From assembly GCA_041611735.1 (NCBI GenBank), contig JBFIML010000003.1, positions 1 to 64,000 of the forward strand: 64,000 nt of DNA, given 5' to 3'. Made by a program: the position numbers and the translations under genes. Of this stretch, positions 1 through 9,115 are shown piece after piece (position 1 is the first letter of the stretch; every line of letters starts with the position of its first letter). The notes under the pieces were generated by a model. It had not been told where the DNA came from. It made no database searches and worked only from the letters and a program-made list of their open reading frames with translations. The DNA is from Myxococcota bacterium (lineage in GTDB: Bacteria; Myxococcota_A; UBA9160; PR03).

Positions 1-183
1 CTGGTAGCCCGCCTGGGGCAGGACGTGCTGGGAGGGACCGATGCGGTAGAGGGTGCCGTGGAGCTCGCGCGGAATCTCGCCCTCCACGTCGCCGATCTCG
101 TAGCTCTGTTCCGTGTCGCTCGGGCGCCAGAGCTCGATCCATTGGCGGCGCAGGTCGTCCGCACCACCGGTTGGCTGGCTCAT
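1..183 (-). CDS. Carotenoid oxygenase / RPE65-family dioxygenase, N-terminal part (runs off the left edge; not in ORF track)
   Basis: GGAGGAGG SD precedes ATG at 183 (minus). Translation MSQPTGGADDLRRQWIELWRPSDTEQSYEIGDVEGEIPRELHGTLYRIGPSQ matches the family motif V-x-G-x-IP-xx-L-x-G-x-LYR-N-GP. Confidence 0.8.
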   Translation of the reverse strand, partial: MSQPTGGADDLRRQWIELWRPSDTEQSYEIGDVEGEIPRELHGTLYRIGPSQHVLPQAGYQ

Positions 184-313
184 GGGGACACCTCCTCCAA
201 CAACTCGTCTCGATGCTACACCGGGCGGCCGCCCGGAGCACCGCGTGGGTCGTGGCCCCCGCGCCGGTCGTTGCGGGAACGTTCGGCCTGGTCCAGCATC
301 CCCCCGAGGCCGC

Positions 314-1516
314 GTGATCGAAGGACATCTCCACCCCGATTTCTGGCTGGTCGCCCAGGCGCTGGAGAAGCAGGTGCGGCAGCGGGGCGGCGGCGCCGCG
401 GTCTGCGTCTACTGGCGCGGGAGGCCCGTGGTGGACCTCTGGACCGGGGTGCGGGACCCGGAGGGCCACGGCTGGGAGCGCGACACCCCGGCCATGTCGT
501 TCTCCACCACCAAGGGCGTCACGGCCACGGCCCTGCACGTGCTCGTGGACCGGGGGCTGTGCGACTACGACGACCCGGTGGCGCGTCACTGGCCGGAGTT
601 CGCGCAAGCAGGCAAGGAGTCCATCACGATCCGCCACCTGCTGTGCCACGAGGCGGGTCTGCACCACATCCGGCGGCTGATCGACCATGGAGAGCGCATC
701 CTCGACTGGAGCTACATGGTCCGGGCGCTGGAACGCGCCCAGCCGGACTTCGAGCCGGGGAGCCTGACGGCCTACCACGGCCTCACCTTCGGCTGGCTGG
801 TGGGTGAGGTGATCCAACGGGTGGCACGACGTCCGTTTGCCGAGGTGATCCGGACCGAGCTCGCGAAACCGCTCGGCCTCGACGGGCTCCACATCGGGGC
901 GCCGCCGGAGGCCTGTGAGCGGGCTGCGGTGCTGCGGCGGCCCCCGGCTCGTAGCCGCAACCCCGAACGGTTTCGGGCCCTGGCCAAGGTGGTCCAGCGC
1001 GTGAACCGCGCCCTCGGCATCCCCTTCGACCCCGCCTTCGTAGCCGACGCGCTGCTACCCCGAAGCGGGATCGACGTGTTCTGGAACCCCCGCATCCTGG
1101 AGGTTCCCGTGCCGGCGGCGAATGGCCTCTTCACGGCTCGCTCGCTGGCGCGCCTCTACGCAGCGCTCGCCAGCGGAGGCACCCTGGACGGCGTGCAGCT
1201 GCTCTCCCGCGAGACCTTGCGACGCGCCACGGAGATCCAGAACCGGACCTTCGACAAGGTGATCCCGGTGCGCATGAACTGGCGCCTCGGCTACCACCGG
1301 GTCTTCACCAGCTCCGGGGACGTCTCGACGGGCTTCGGCCACTTCGGCTTCGGCGGCTCCGGCGCCTGGGCGGATCCCCAGCGGAACCTGGCCGTGGCCA
1401 TGATCAACAACGTGACCGGCGGAGGCCCCCTAGGCGACTACCGCATGATCCGGCTGGGCGGGGCCGCCGTGCGCTGCGCAGACCGGGCGGCCGGAGGATA
1501 CGCCGGGCGCCGCTAG
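314..1516 (+). CDS. Serine hydrolase, beta-lactamase class C / family VIII esterase-like
   Basis: SxxK motif (FSTTKG), LLCHEAGL, AYHGLTFGWL, FGHFGFGGS. GTG start at 314 after GAGG is likelier than 113. Confidence 0.9.
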   Translation: MIEGHLHPDFWLVAQALEKQVRQRGGGAAVCVYWRGRPVVDLWTGVRDPEGHGWERDTPAMSFSTTKGVTATALHVLVDRGLCDYDDPVARHWPEFAQAGKESITIRHLLCHEAGLHHIRRLIDHGERILDWSYMVRALERAQPDFEPGSLTAYHGLTFGWLVGEVIQRVARRPFAEVIRTELAKPLGLDGLHIGAPPEACERAAVLRRPPARSRNPERFRALAKVVQRVNRALGIPFDPAFVADALLPRSGIDVFWNPRILEVPVPAANGLFTARSLARLYAALASGGTLDGVQLLSRETLRRATEIQNRTFDKVIPVRMNWRLGYHRVFTSSGDVSTGFGHFGFGGSGAWADPQRNLAVAMINNVTGGGPLGDYRMIRLGGAAVRCADRAAGGYAGRR

Positions 1517-1579
1517 ACACGGGACCGTGGTACTCTCGTCCTGGCACCTGCCCGCGGCGACCCCTGGCCAGGAGCGCCC

Positions 1580-3079
1580 ATGGCCTATACCCACTTCGAG
1601 CGCCTCTCCGCCCTCGATGCCACCTTCCTCGCCATCGAGAACCACGACGTGCACATGCACGTGGGCTCGGTGGGCCTCTTCGAGGTGGGCCCGCTGCCGG
1701 GCGAGGACGGCGCACTCGACATCGCCCGCATCCGGACGGCCACCGAGAGCGCGTTGCAGAACCTGCCGCGCTTCCGGCAGCGGCTGGCCTGGATCCCGTT
1801 CTTCGATCATCCGGTGTGGGTGGACGACGAGCGCTTCAACATCCACTACCACGTGCGCCATACCGCCCTGCCCCGCCCGGGCGACGAACGCCAGCTCAAG
1901 CGCCTGGCCGGACGCATCCTCTCCCAGCAGCTCGACCGGGGCAAGCCGCTCTGGGAGATGTGGTTCGTGGAGGGGCTCGAAGGCGACCGCTTCGCCGTGG
2001 TGACCAAGGTGCACCACTGCCTGATCGATGGGATTTCCGGGGTGGACCTGCTCGTGGCCCTGCTGCGCACGACCCCGGACCCGACGGTGGAGCCGCCCCG
2101 GCAGTGGATCCCGCGGCCGGTGCCGAACGCCCGCCAGCTGCTGGCGGGCGAGCTGGCCCGGCGGGCCACGCTGCCCGCGGCTCTCCTGGGCGCCGCCCGA
2201 GGCGCCGTGGCCGACCCGCTGCGCGCGGCGCGGAAGGCCCGCGACGCCCTCGAGGGCCTGGCCGAGTCCGTGGTGCCCGCCGTCTGGCCCGCCTCGTCCA
2301 CCCCACTCAACCCCGACGTGGGTCCCTACCGGCGCTTCGACTGGACCCGCTTCGACCTCGACGCCGTGAAGGAGGTGAAGAACCGCCTCGGTGGCACCGT
2401 GAACGACGTGGTGGTGGCCGCGGTGACCGGCGCCCTGCGTACCTTCCTGCACCGGCGCGGGGTGCGCGGGGAGGATCTCCAGTTCCGGGCCATGCTGCCC
2501 GTCAACACGCGCCGCCAGGAGGAGTACGGACGGCTCGGCAACCGCGTCTCCTTCCTGCTGGCGGAGCTTCCGCTGGCCGAGGCCGACCCGCGTCGGCGCC
2601 TCGAGCGGGTCACCGAGACCACGCAGCGCCTCAAGGAATCGAAGCAGGTCCACGGCTTCGACCTGATCGAGAAGATCGCCGACTGGACCTCCACGGAGGT
2701 CGCCGTCCGCTTCGCCCGGCTCGGGGCGCGGGCCCGCACCTACAACGTGGTGGTGACGAACGTGCCGGGGCCGCACTTCCCCGCCTTCCTGCTGGGCGCT
2801 CGCATGCTGGAGATCTACCCGGTGGTGCCGCTCTACACCAACCAGGCGCTCGGCATCGCGCTGTTCAGCTACGACGGCGGCCTCTTCTGGGGCTTCAACT
2901 CCGACTGGGACGCCGTGCCGGACCTGCACGACATGGTGGAGGCGGTGCAGTCCGAGTTCGAGGTGCTGCGCAAGGCCGCGGCCGAGGGGCCGGTCTCGTC
3001 GTCCCGCAGGAGGCGCACGCGCCGCAGCCCGGGCTCGCGCGGACCCGCCCCGGGCGGGTCGGAGGCGGAGACCCCCTGA
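1580..3079 (+). CDS. Wax ester synthase/diacylglycerol acyltransferase (WS/DGAT)
   Basis: ERLSALDATFL N-terminus, PLWEMW, catalytic HHCLIDG, TVNDVV, TNVPGP. Confidence 0.95.
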   Translation: MAYTHFERLSALDATFLAIENHDVHMHVGSVGLFEVGPLPGEDGALDIARIRTATESALQNLPRFRQRLAWIPFFDHPVWVDDERFNIHYHVRHTALPRPGDERQLKRLAGRILSQQLDRGKPLWEMWFVEGLEGDRFAVVTKVHHCLIDGISGVDLLVALLRTTPDPTVEPPRQWIPRPVPNARQLLAGELARRATLPAALLGAARGAVADPLRAARKARDALEGLAESVVPAVWPASSTPLNPDVGPYRRFDWTRFDLDAVKEVKNRLGGTVNDVVVAAVTGALRTFLHRRGVRGEDLQFRAMLPVNTRRQEEYGRLGNRVSFLLAELPLAEADPRRRLERVTETTQRLKESKQVHGFDLIEKIADWTSTEVAVRFARLGARARTYNVVVTNVPGPHFPAFLLGARMLEIYPVVPLYTNQALGIALFSYDGGLFWGFNSDWDAVPDLHDMVEAVQSEFEVLRKAAAEGPVSSSRRRRTRRSPGSRGPAPGGSEAETP

Positions 3080-3086
3080 GCCTTCC

Positions 3087-4511
3087 GTGTCCGACCACGT
3101 CTACGAACGTCTGACCCAGCTCGACAATTCCTTCCTGCTCTTCGAAGGGCCCAACGCCCCCATGCACGTGGCGGCCGTGCAGATCTACGAGGCGGCCCCT
3201 CTCTCCACTGCCGAAGGCGGGATCGACGTGGACCGCATCCGCGCCTACGTCCTGGCGCGCCTGCACCGCATCCCCCGCTATCGGCAGCGCCTCGCCTGGA
3301 CGCCTCTGGAGCGGCACCCGATCTGGGTCGACGACCCGCGCTTCAACTTGGCCTATCACGTGCGCCACGTGCGGTTGCCGCCGCCCGGGGACGAACGGCT
3401 GCTCAAGCGCATCGCGGCGCGCATCCTCTCCCAGCAGCTCGACCGGGGCAAGCCGCTCTGGGAGATGTGGGTGATCGAAGGCCTGCAGGGGGACCGCTTC
3501 GCGCTGGTGAGCAAGACCCATCATTGCATGGTGGACGGAATCGCGGGCGTCGACCTGCTGGCGGCCTTGATGACCCCGGAGCCCCGCACGGAGATCCGGC
3601 GTCCGCCGGTGTGGATCCCACGACCGGCCCCGGGGCCGGGGCCGTTGCTTCGGAGCGAGGCCTGGCGGTGGGTCACCGGGCCGCTCCGCGCCACCGCTTC
3701 CGCTTGGCGGCTGGCCCGCGACGTCCAGCACGCGCGGCACGACGTGAAGGAGCGGGCGACGGCCCTCGCCCAGACGGTGGGCGGCGCGTTGCGCAACAGC
3801 TCGAGCACGCCCCTCAACCAGCCCATCGGCCCCCATCGGCGCTTCGACTGGCTCCCCATGCGGCTCGACGAGATCCGCCGGGTGCGGCAGGCCCTGGGAG
3901 GAAGCGTCAACGACGTGGTGCTCGCCACCGTGGCGGGCGCCCTGCGCCGCTTCCTCCGAGAAGGACGCCAGGTGGACGTCTCGCGGCTCGACTTCCGGGT
4001 CGCCGCCCCCGTGAGCCTGCGCTCGCGAGAGCAGCGGGGCACCTTCGGGAACCGGGTGTCCGCCTGGCTGGTCCCGCTCCCGCTGGGCGAGCCGGACCCG
4101 GGCCGCCGGCTCGAGGCCATCCGCCGCACGACGGATGGGCTCAAGGCCTCGCGCCAGGCGCTCGGCGGCGAGGCCCTGGCGCGGGTGACCGAGTGGACCG
4201 GCCCGACGCTGCTGTCGATCGCCTCGCGGCTGGCCACCAGGCGGCGCCTCTTCAACCTGGTGGTGACGAACGTCCCCGGTCCGCAGATGCCGCTCTACCT
4301 GTTGGGGGCGCGCATGCTCGAGGCCTACCCCATGGTGCCGCTGTTCGGGAACCTGGCCACCGGGATCGCGCTGTTCAGTTACGACGGGGCGCTGTATTGG
4401 GGCGTGGTGGGCGACTGGGATCTGGTCCCGGACCTTCACGACCTGGTGCTCGCCCTCGAGGCGTCCTTCGGGGAGCTGCTCCAGGCGGCCGGGACGCGGG
4501 CCGCGAGCTAG
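3087..4511 (+). CDS. WS/DGAT, tandem paralogue
   Basis: ERLTQLDNSFL, HHCMVDG, SVNDVV, TNVPGP. Confidence 0.95.
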   Translation: MSDHVYERLTQLDNSFLLFEGPNAPMHVAAVQIYEAAPLSTAEGGIDVDRIRAYVLARLHRIPRYRQRLAWTPLERHPIWVDDPRFNLAYHVRHVRLPPPGDERLLKRIAARILSQQLDRGKPLWEMWVIEGLQGDRFALVSKTHHCMVDGIAGVDLLAALMTPEPRTEIRRPPVWIPRPAPGPGPLLRSEAWRWVTGPLRATASAWRLARDVQHARHDVKERATALAQTVGGALRNSSSTPLNQPIGPHRRFDWLPMRLDEIRRVRQALGGSVNDVVLATVAGALRRFLREGRQVDVSRLDFRVAAPVSLRSREQRGTFGNRVSAWLVPLPLGEPDPGRRLEAIRRTTDGLKASRQALGGEALARVTEWTGPTLLSIASRLATRRRLFNLVVTNVPGPQMPLYLLGARMLEAYPMVPLFGNLATGIALFSYDGALYWGVVGDWDLVPDLHDLVLALEASFGELLQAAGTRAAS

Positions 4512-5155
4512 GACTTCCTGCCGGACCGCGCCACGTCCACCAACACGAACCCCATCCGGCGCAGCTGCTCCGGTACGTCGTCGGCATTCGGTCCGGAGAC
4601 GTGCAGCGTGAGCATCGTCGTACCGGCGGGGCTCACGTAGCGCGCGAGTCCGCTCAGGTACCGGCCCTTGGCGTGGCAGGCATCGACCGGGTCCGGCTCC
4701 TGGTCCGACCGGGAAGCGGGCGCCTGGATGGTGATGCGCGTTGCATGGCCCTGGAGGCTCAGGCGGACGAAGACCCGGAGGATGTCGGACTCGGTGATGA
4801 TGCCCACCAGCTCGCCGCCCTCCGTCACGGGAAGGCCGCCGATCTTGTGCTCGAGCATGAGGCGGGCCACGTCCTCCAGGTGGGTCTCGGGGGTCACGGA
4901 GATCACGTTGCGCGCCATGAAGGTGCCGACCGTGTGGGAGAGGTCGCCCTGGGTATCCAGCTGCCCCTGCTCGCCGAGGCTCCAGGGCAGGGCACGCAGC
5001 AGGTCGCGGTCCGAGATCATCCCCACCAGGCTCCCCTCGCGGACCACGGGAGCCCGGCGCATGCCCCGGGAGCGGAACAAGGCGTAGGCATCCACGCAGG
5101 AATCGCTCTCCTCCAGAGTGACCACCTCGCGGCTCATGCAGTGTCGGACCAGCAT
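4508..5155 (-). CDS. CBS-pair protein with ACT-like C-terminus (AcuB-like)
   Basis: MLVRHCMSREV start after a GGAGGG SD; two CBS repeats (LVGMISDRDL, GGLPV...LVGIITESDI). Confidence 0.85.
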   Translation of the reverse strand: MLVRHCMSREVVTLEESDSCVDAYALFRSRGMRRAPVVREGSLVGMISDRDLLRALPWSLGEQGQLDTQGDLSHTVGTFMARNVISVTPETHLEDVARLMLEHKIGGLPVTEGGELVGIITESDILRVFVRLSLQGHATRITIQAPASRSDQEPDPVDACHAKGRYLSGLARYVSPAGTTMLTLHVSGPNADDVPEQLRRMGFVLVDVARSGRKS

Positions 5156-5592
5156 GCGTCGCCCTCCCCCCAACAACGCCCTATCGGCGGGTCCGGGGCA
5201 GGGCGTGAGGCCCGGAGCGGGCCCCGGGGCCCGAATTCCGGCCCTGGGGGAGGGCCAGGGGGGTGGGAGCGCCCTCGGGTCGGCTCGCGTGCGGGCCCCC
5301 GGCGGGTCCGCCGAGCCGTGCGCCCGGCCTCCTCCCCGATGGCGGGGCCGCCCACGAACCGGCGGCGCCGTGAGGCCAGGGCGACCGCGTGCCACGTCCC
5401 GCGCGCGTCGGCGGCAGGCCGCTCGAGCGCGCAGCCGTCCCTCGAGGCGGGTCGGGAGCAGAGCGTTGCGCACGAACCCGCCGGGCGCTCCTGGAAGTCG
5501 CGCTTCGAGCCCGAAGCGATTTGCGTCTCCTCGGTTGGACCCGACGTCCGGGAAACGCCGGCCGGCGGTGCGCGCGTCACGCGTCTTCGGCC

Positions 5593-5620
5593 TTGTGGCG
5601 GTCCGACCCTATGGTATCCT
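5593..5620 (+). promoter_or_regulatory. Putative sigma70-type promoter of the RRM gene
   Basis: TTGTGG-N16-TATCCT with extended -10 TG (TGGTATCCT). Confidence 0.45.
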
Positions 5621-5844
5621 GCGGCGCGAAAGGCTTTTTCAGATCGGTGCACCACTCCAGGCTTCATTCCACGGGATCGTGCTTCGAATCGGGCCTGCCT
5701 TTCCTGCAGAGGCGAGCAGCCGAGCAACTGCCGCTCCCGCTGCAGCGATTGGATTCGCACGAAGCCGGATAGTCGGACGGTCCGAACCAGGCTCCGCGCG
5801 AGCGTTGCGTCCGCTGCCCCACCCGGGGAGGGACGTCCGAGAGA

Positions 5845-6147
5845 ATGGCGTTGGGCAAGAGGTTGTACGTCGGCAATCTGTCTTTCAGCACCACCGAGGC
5901 GGAGCTCCGGGAGATGTTCCAGAAGCACGGACCCGTGGATTCGGTGAACGTGATCACGGACCGGGAGACCGGACGCTCGCGAGGTTTCGCGTTCGTCGAG
6001 ATGGAGAACAGCGGCGCCGATGCCGCCATGCAGGCCCTGAACGGCGAGATGATCGGCGGGCGAAGCTTACGCGTGAACGAGGCCCACGAGCGCCGACCGG
6101 GAGGCGGCGGGGGCGGCGGCTCCCGCGGCGGAAGAAGTCGCTTCTAG
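5845..6147 (+). CDS. RRM (RNP-1) RNA-binding protein with Gly/Arg-rich tail
   Basis: RNP2 LYVGNL, RNP1 RGFAFVEM, DRETGRS, GGGGGGSRGGR tail. Confidence 0.95.
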   Translation: MALGKRLYVGNLSFSTTEAELREMFQKHGPVDSVNVITDRETGRSRGFAFVEMENSGADAAMQALNGEMIGGRSLRVNEAHERRPGGGGGGGSRGGRSRF

Positions 6148-6259
6148 TTTCCGCGGGCGGCCGCGGGAACGGCTCCCTCGGGCGCCGAGCCAGCCCGTCC
6201 TTTGTTACGCCGCGCACCCCACCGCAGGTCGCTGCGCGGCGGTCAGTGAGTGAGCGGCC

Positions 6260-6460
6260 ATGGCCAAGAAGAGCAGGATGTCGGTCCTCAAGCGCCAACG
6301 CGAGGTCAAGAAGGCGGAGAAGGCCGCCCTCAAACGAGAGCGGCGGGAGCAGCGTCAGGACGATGAGTCCGCCACGCGCGTGGCCACGGCGGACGACCTG
6401 GCCGGCTACGGCATCGCACCCACCGACGAAGACGAGAAGGCGCGCGACGACGACCGTTAG
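6260..6460 (+). CDS. Small basic/acidic hypothetical protein (66 aa)
   Basis: ATG start; K/R-rich helical N-half and acidic C-half; GC3-rich codons. Confidence 0.7.
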   Translation: MAKKSRMSVLKRQREVKKAEKAALKRERREQRQDDESATRVATADDLAGYGIAPTDEDEKARDDDR

Positions 6461-6471
6461 ACCCCCCGCGT

Positions 6472-9003
6472 TCAGGTACCGATGCGCCGGACCCGCAGCA
6501 GGGGTCCCTCGGGCAGCGGCTCCCCGCTCAGCTCGATCTCGCCCTCCACGCACCAGAAGTCGTCCCCCCGTGCGTCCACCAGCACCTGGGTGACGTCCCA
6601 GCGGCCCAGACCGGTCCGCTTGATGCTCGTATGGTGCGCCGCCCGCGCCCGGGGATCGAAAACGATGCGCTCGTATTCCTCGTAGAAGGGGCCGAGCGCG
6701 CACTCGAAGCGCTCCGCGTCCCACGGGTCTTCCGGGTCCTGGCGCACGCAGCGTGCCGCCTCCTCGTAGTCGCCGGCCGCCAGGACCCGCACGAGCTGGC
6801 GCATCTCGGCGCGTACGCGTGCCCGGAACGCGCGTGGGTGCTGATCCGGGTCGAGGGAGGGCCGCGCCGGCGCGAGGCCGGGCGCGAGCGCCCGCCCCCG
6901 CCCCATGAGGCTCTCCCACTCTTCCACGAGGCTGGAGTCCACCCGGGCCAGAAGCGCGCGCAGAAAGCCCAGGATCTCGTGCACCTCGTCGCTGCGCGCC
7001 GCCTCGGGGACCGTCCGGGCCAGCGTATCGTGAACCTGGCTCAGGTGGCGCAGGAGCAGGCCCTCCACGCGCTGGATCCGGTAGCGGCGCACGAAGTCCT
7101 GGAAGCCCTCGTATCGCTCCAACATCTCCCGGGCCACCGACTTCGGCCGAAGGTCCGCCGTCCCCACCCAGGGGTGCTTCTCCACGAACGAGTCGAAGGT
7201 GGCGTGGAGGAACTCCGCGTTCGGCTGCGGGTGCGTTACCTGTTCGAGACGTGCGCGCCGCTCCTCGTAGGGAACGCCCTCGGCCTTGAGGCGCGCCAGG
7301 AGCTCCCGGCGCTCGTGCTCGCGCTGGGCCTCCAGGATCGGACGCGGATCTTCGAGGATCGCCTCCACGACACCGAGCACGTCCAGGGCGTAGTGGTCCG
7401 CCTCGCGGTCGAGCAGGGACACCGTGTCCACCACGTACAGGGAGAGGGTATGGTGGAGGGAGAAGTCCTTCTGCAGGGCCGGATCGACCCGCACGCGCGC
7501 GCCTGCACCGCGCCGGCCGCGCTCCACGCTCACGATCTGCGCGCGGCGCAGCGAGCGGAACACCGTGGCGGCGTCACGCCGCAGACGCCGCTTGCGGCGG
7601 GCGTCCTCGTGGCAGGCCTCTATCAAGTCGAGTACGGCCCGGTAGCCGGACGCGGGCGCAGCGTCCGCTTCGCGCTGGAGCAGGCTCAGCACCATGCCGT
7701 GGGTCACCGGAAAGCGCGACTCCAGCTTCTCGGGAGGCCGTGCCACCAGCCGCTCGAAGGTCGCACGGTTCCAGGGAACCAGACCGCGGGGCATGGCTCG
7801 ACGCACGGTCCGGCGCCGGCGGCCACCCGGCCGCGCGGCGCGCTGCGCTTCGCGCCGCCGCTCGATCGCTGGCTCGGGCGCCTGACACACGACACTGCCC
7901 TGCTCGTCGAAGCCCTTGCGCCCGGCGCGCCCTGCGATCTGCTTGAACTCCCGAACCGAGAGCAGCCGTACCCGTTCCCCGTCGAACTTGCAGAGCCTCG
8001 AGAGGAGCACGCTGCGGATCGGCACGTTCACGCCCACGCCCAGGGTGTCGGTCCCGCAGATCACGCGCAGCATTCCCTGTTGGGCCAGCTGCTCCACCAG
8101 CAGCCGATACCTGGGCAACAGCCCCGCATGGTGCAGTCCGATCCCGTGGCGCAGGAAGCGCCGCAGGTCCTTTCCGTACGGGCTGTCGAACCGGAAGCCT
8201 CCGATGGTTTCGGCGATGCGCCGGCGCTGGTCGCGGTCGGCGACGCGGGCGCTGGTGAGGGCCTGGGCCTGCTCGGCGGCTTCGCGCTGGGTGAAGTGCA
8301 CCACGTAGACGGGCGCCTTGCCCTGAGCTAGCAGGTCTTCGACCGTCTCGTGCAGCGGGGTCTCCCGGTACTCCCAATCCAGGGGAACCGGCCTCTCGTC
8401 GGAATGGACGTGCGCCACCTCCCTCCCGCTGCGGGCGTGCAGCGCGCGCTCGATCGAGTCGGTGTTGCCGAGGGTCGCGGACAGGATCAGGAAGGTGGTG
8501 CGGGGCAGCGCCAGGAGCGGGATCTGCCAGGCGGAGCCCCGCTCGGGGTCGGCGTAGTAGTGAAACTCGTCCATGACCACGTAGGGGGCGTCGGTGGCTT
8601 CGCCCTGGCGGAGCGCCATGTTCGCCAGCACCTCCGCCGTACAGCAGACGACCGGCGCGGCCCAGTTGACGCTCGCGTCGCCGGTCATCATGCCGACCCG
8701 CTGCGGTCCCAGCTGGTCGCACAGGGCGAAGAACTTCTCGCTGACCAGGGCCTTCGCGGGAGCCGTGTAGAACGAGCGCCGTCCCTCGCACAGGGCCTTG
8801 AAATGGAGGGCCTGGGCGACCAGCGACTTCCCCGAGCCGGTGGGGGTGCTGAGCACCACGTGGCGTCCGGCCATGAGCTCGAGCAACGCCTCCTCCTGAG
8901 CGCGGTAGGGCGTCAGCCCGAGCTCGGCCACCCCGGCGAGGAAGCGGTCCAGGATCCGGTCGGGATCGGTGAGCGACCCGTCCGGGAGATGGTCACGCAG
9001 CAT
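6472..9003 (-). CDS. Ski2-like DEAD/DEAH-box RNA helicase (DUF3516-type C-terminus)
   Basis: PTGSGKS, DEFH, SAT, GTDTLGVGVN, QIAGRAGR. Confidence 0.93.
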   Translation of the reverse strand: MLRDHLPDGSLTDPDRILDRFLAGVAELGLTPYRAQEEALLELMAGRHVVLSTPTGSGKSLVAQALHFKALCEGRRSFYTAPAKALVSEKFFALCDQLGPQRVGMMTGDASVNWAAPVVCCTAEVLANMALRQGEATDAPYVVMDEFHYYADPERGSAWQIPLLALPRTTFLILSATLGNTDSIERALHARSGREVAHVHSDERPVPLDWEYRETPLHETVEDLLAQGKAPVYVVHFTQREAAEQAQALTSARVADRDQRRRIAETIGGFRFDSPYGKDLRRFLRHGIGLHHAGLLPRYRLLVEQLAQQGMLRVICGTDTLGVGVNVPIRSVLLSRLCKFDGERVRLLSVREFKQIAGRAGRKGFDEQGSVVCQAPEPAIERRREAQRAARPGGRRRRTVRRAMPRGLVPWNRATFERLVARPPEKLESRFPVTHGMVLSLLQREADAAPASGYRAVLDLIEACHEDARRKRRLRRDAATVFRSLRRAQIVSVERGRRGAGARVRVDPALQKDFSLHHTLSLYVVDTVSLLDREADHYALDVLGVVEAILEDPRPILEAQREHERRELLARLKAEGVPYEERRARLEQVTHPQPNAEFLHATFDSFVEKHPWVGTADLRPKSVAREMLERYEGFQDFVRRYRIQRVEGLLLRHLSQVHDTLARTVPEAARSDEVHEILGFLRALLARVDSSLVEEWESLMGRGRALAPGLAPARPSLDPDQHPRAFRARVRAEMRQLVRVLAAGDYEEAARCVRQDPEDPWDAERFECALGPFYEEYERIVFDPRARAAHHTSIKRTGLGRWDVTQVLVDARGDDFWCVEGEIELSGEPLPEGPLLRVRRIGT

Positions 9004-9115
9004 GCGGAGCGGCCCGGTCTAGCGCTCGAGCTCGATGCGGTGCGGACTCGTGGCCGACGCCATGGAGCGATCTCCGGATGGGGGAACGCTGCGGTATGGT
9101 AGCCGGACTCCGCCC

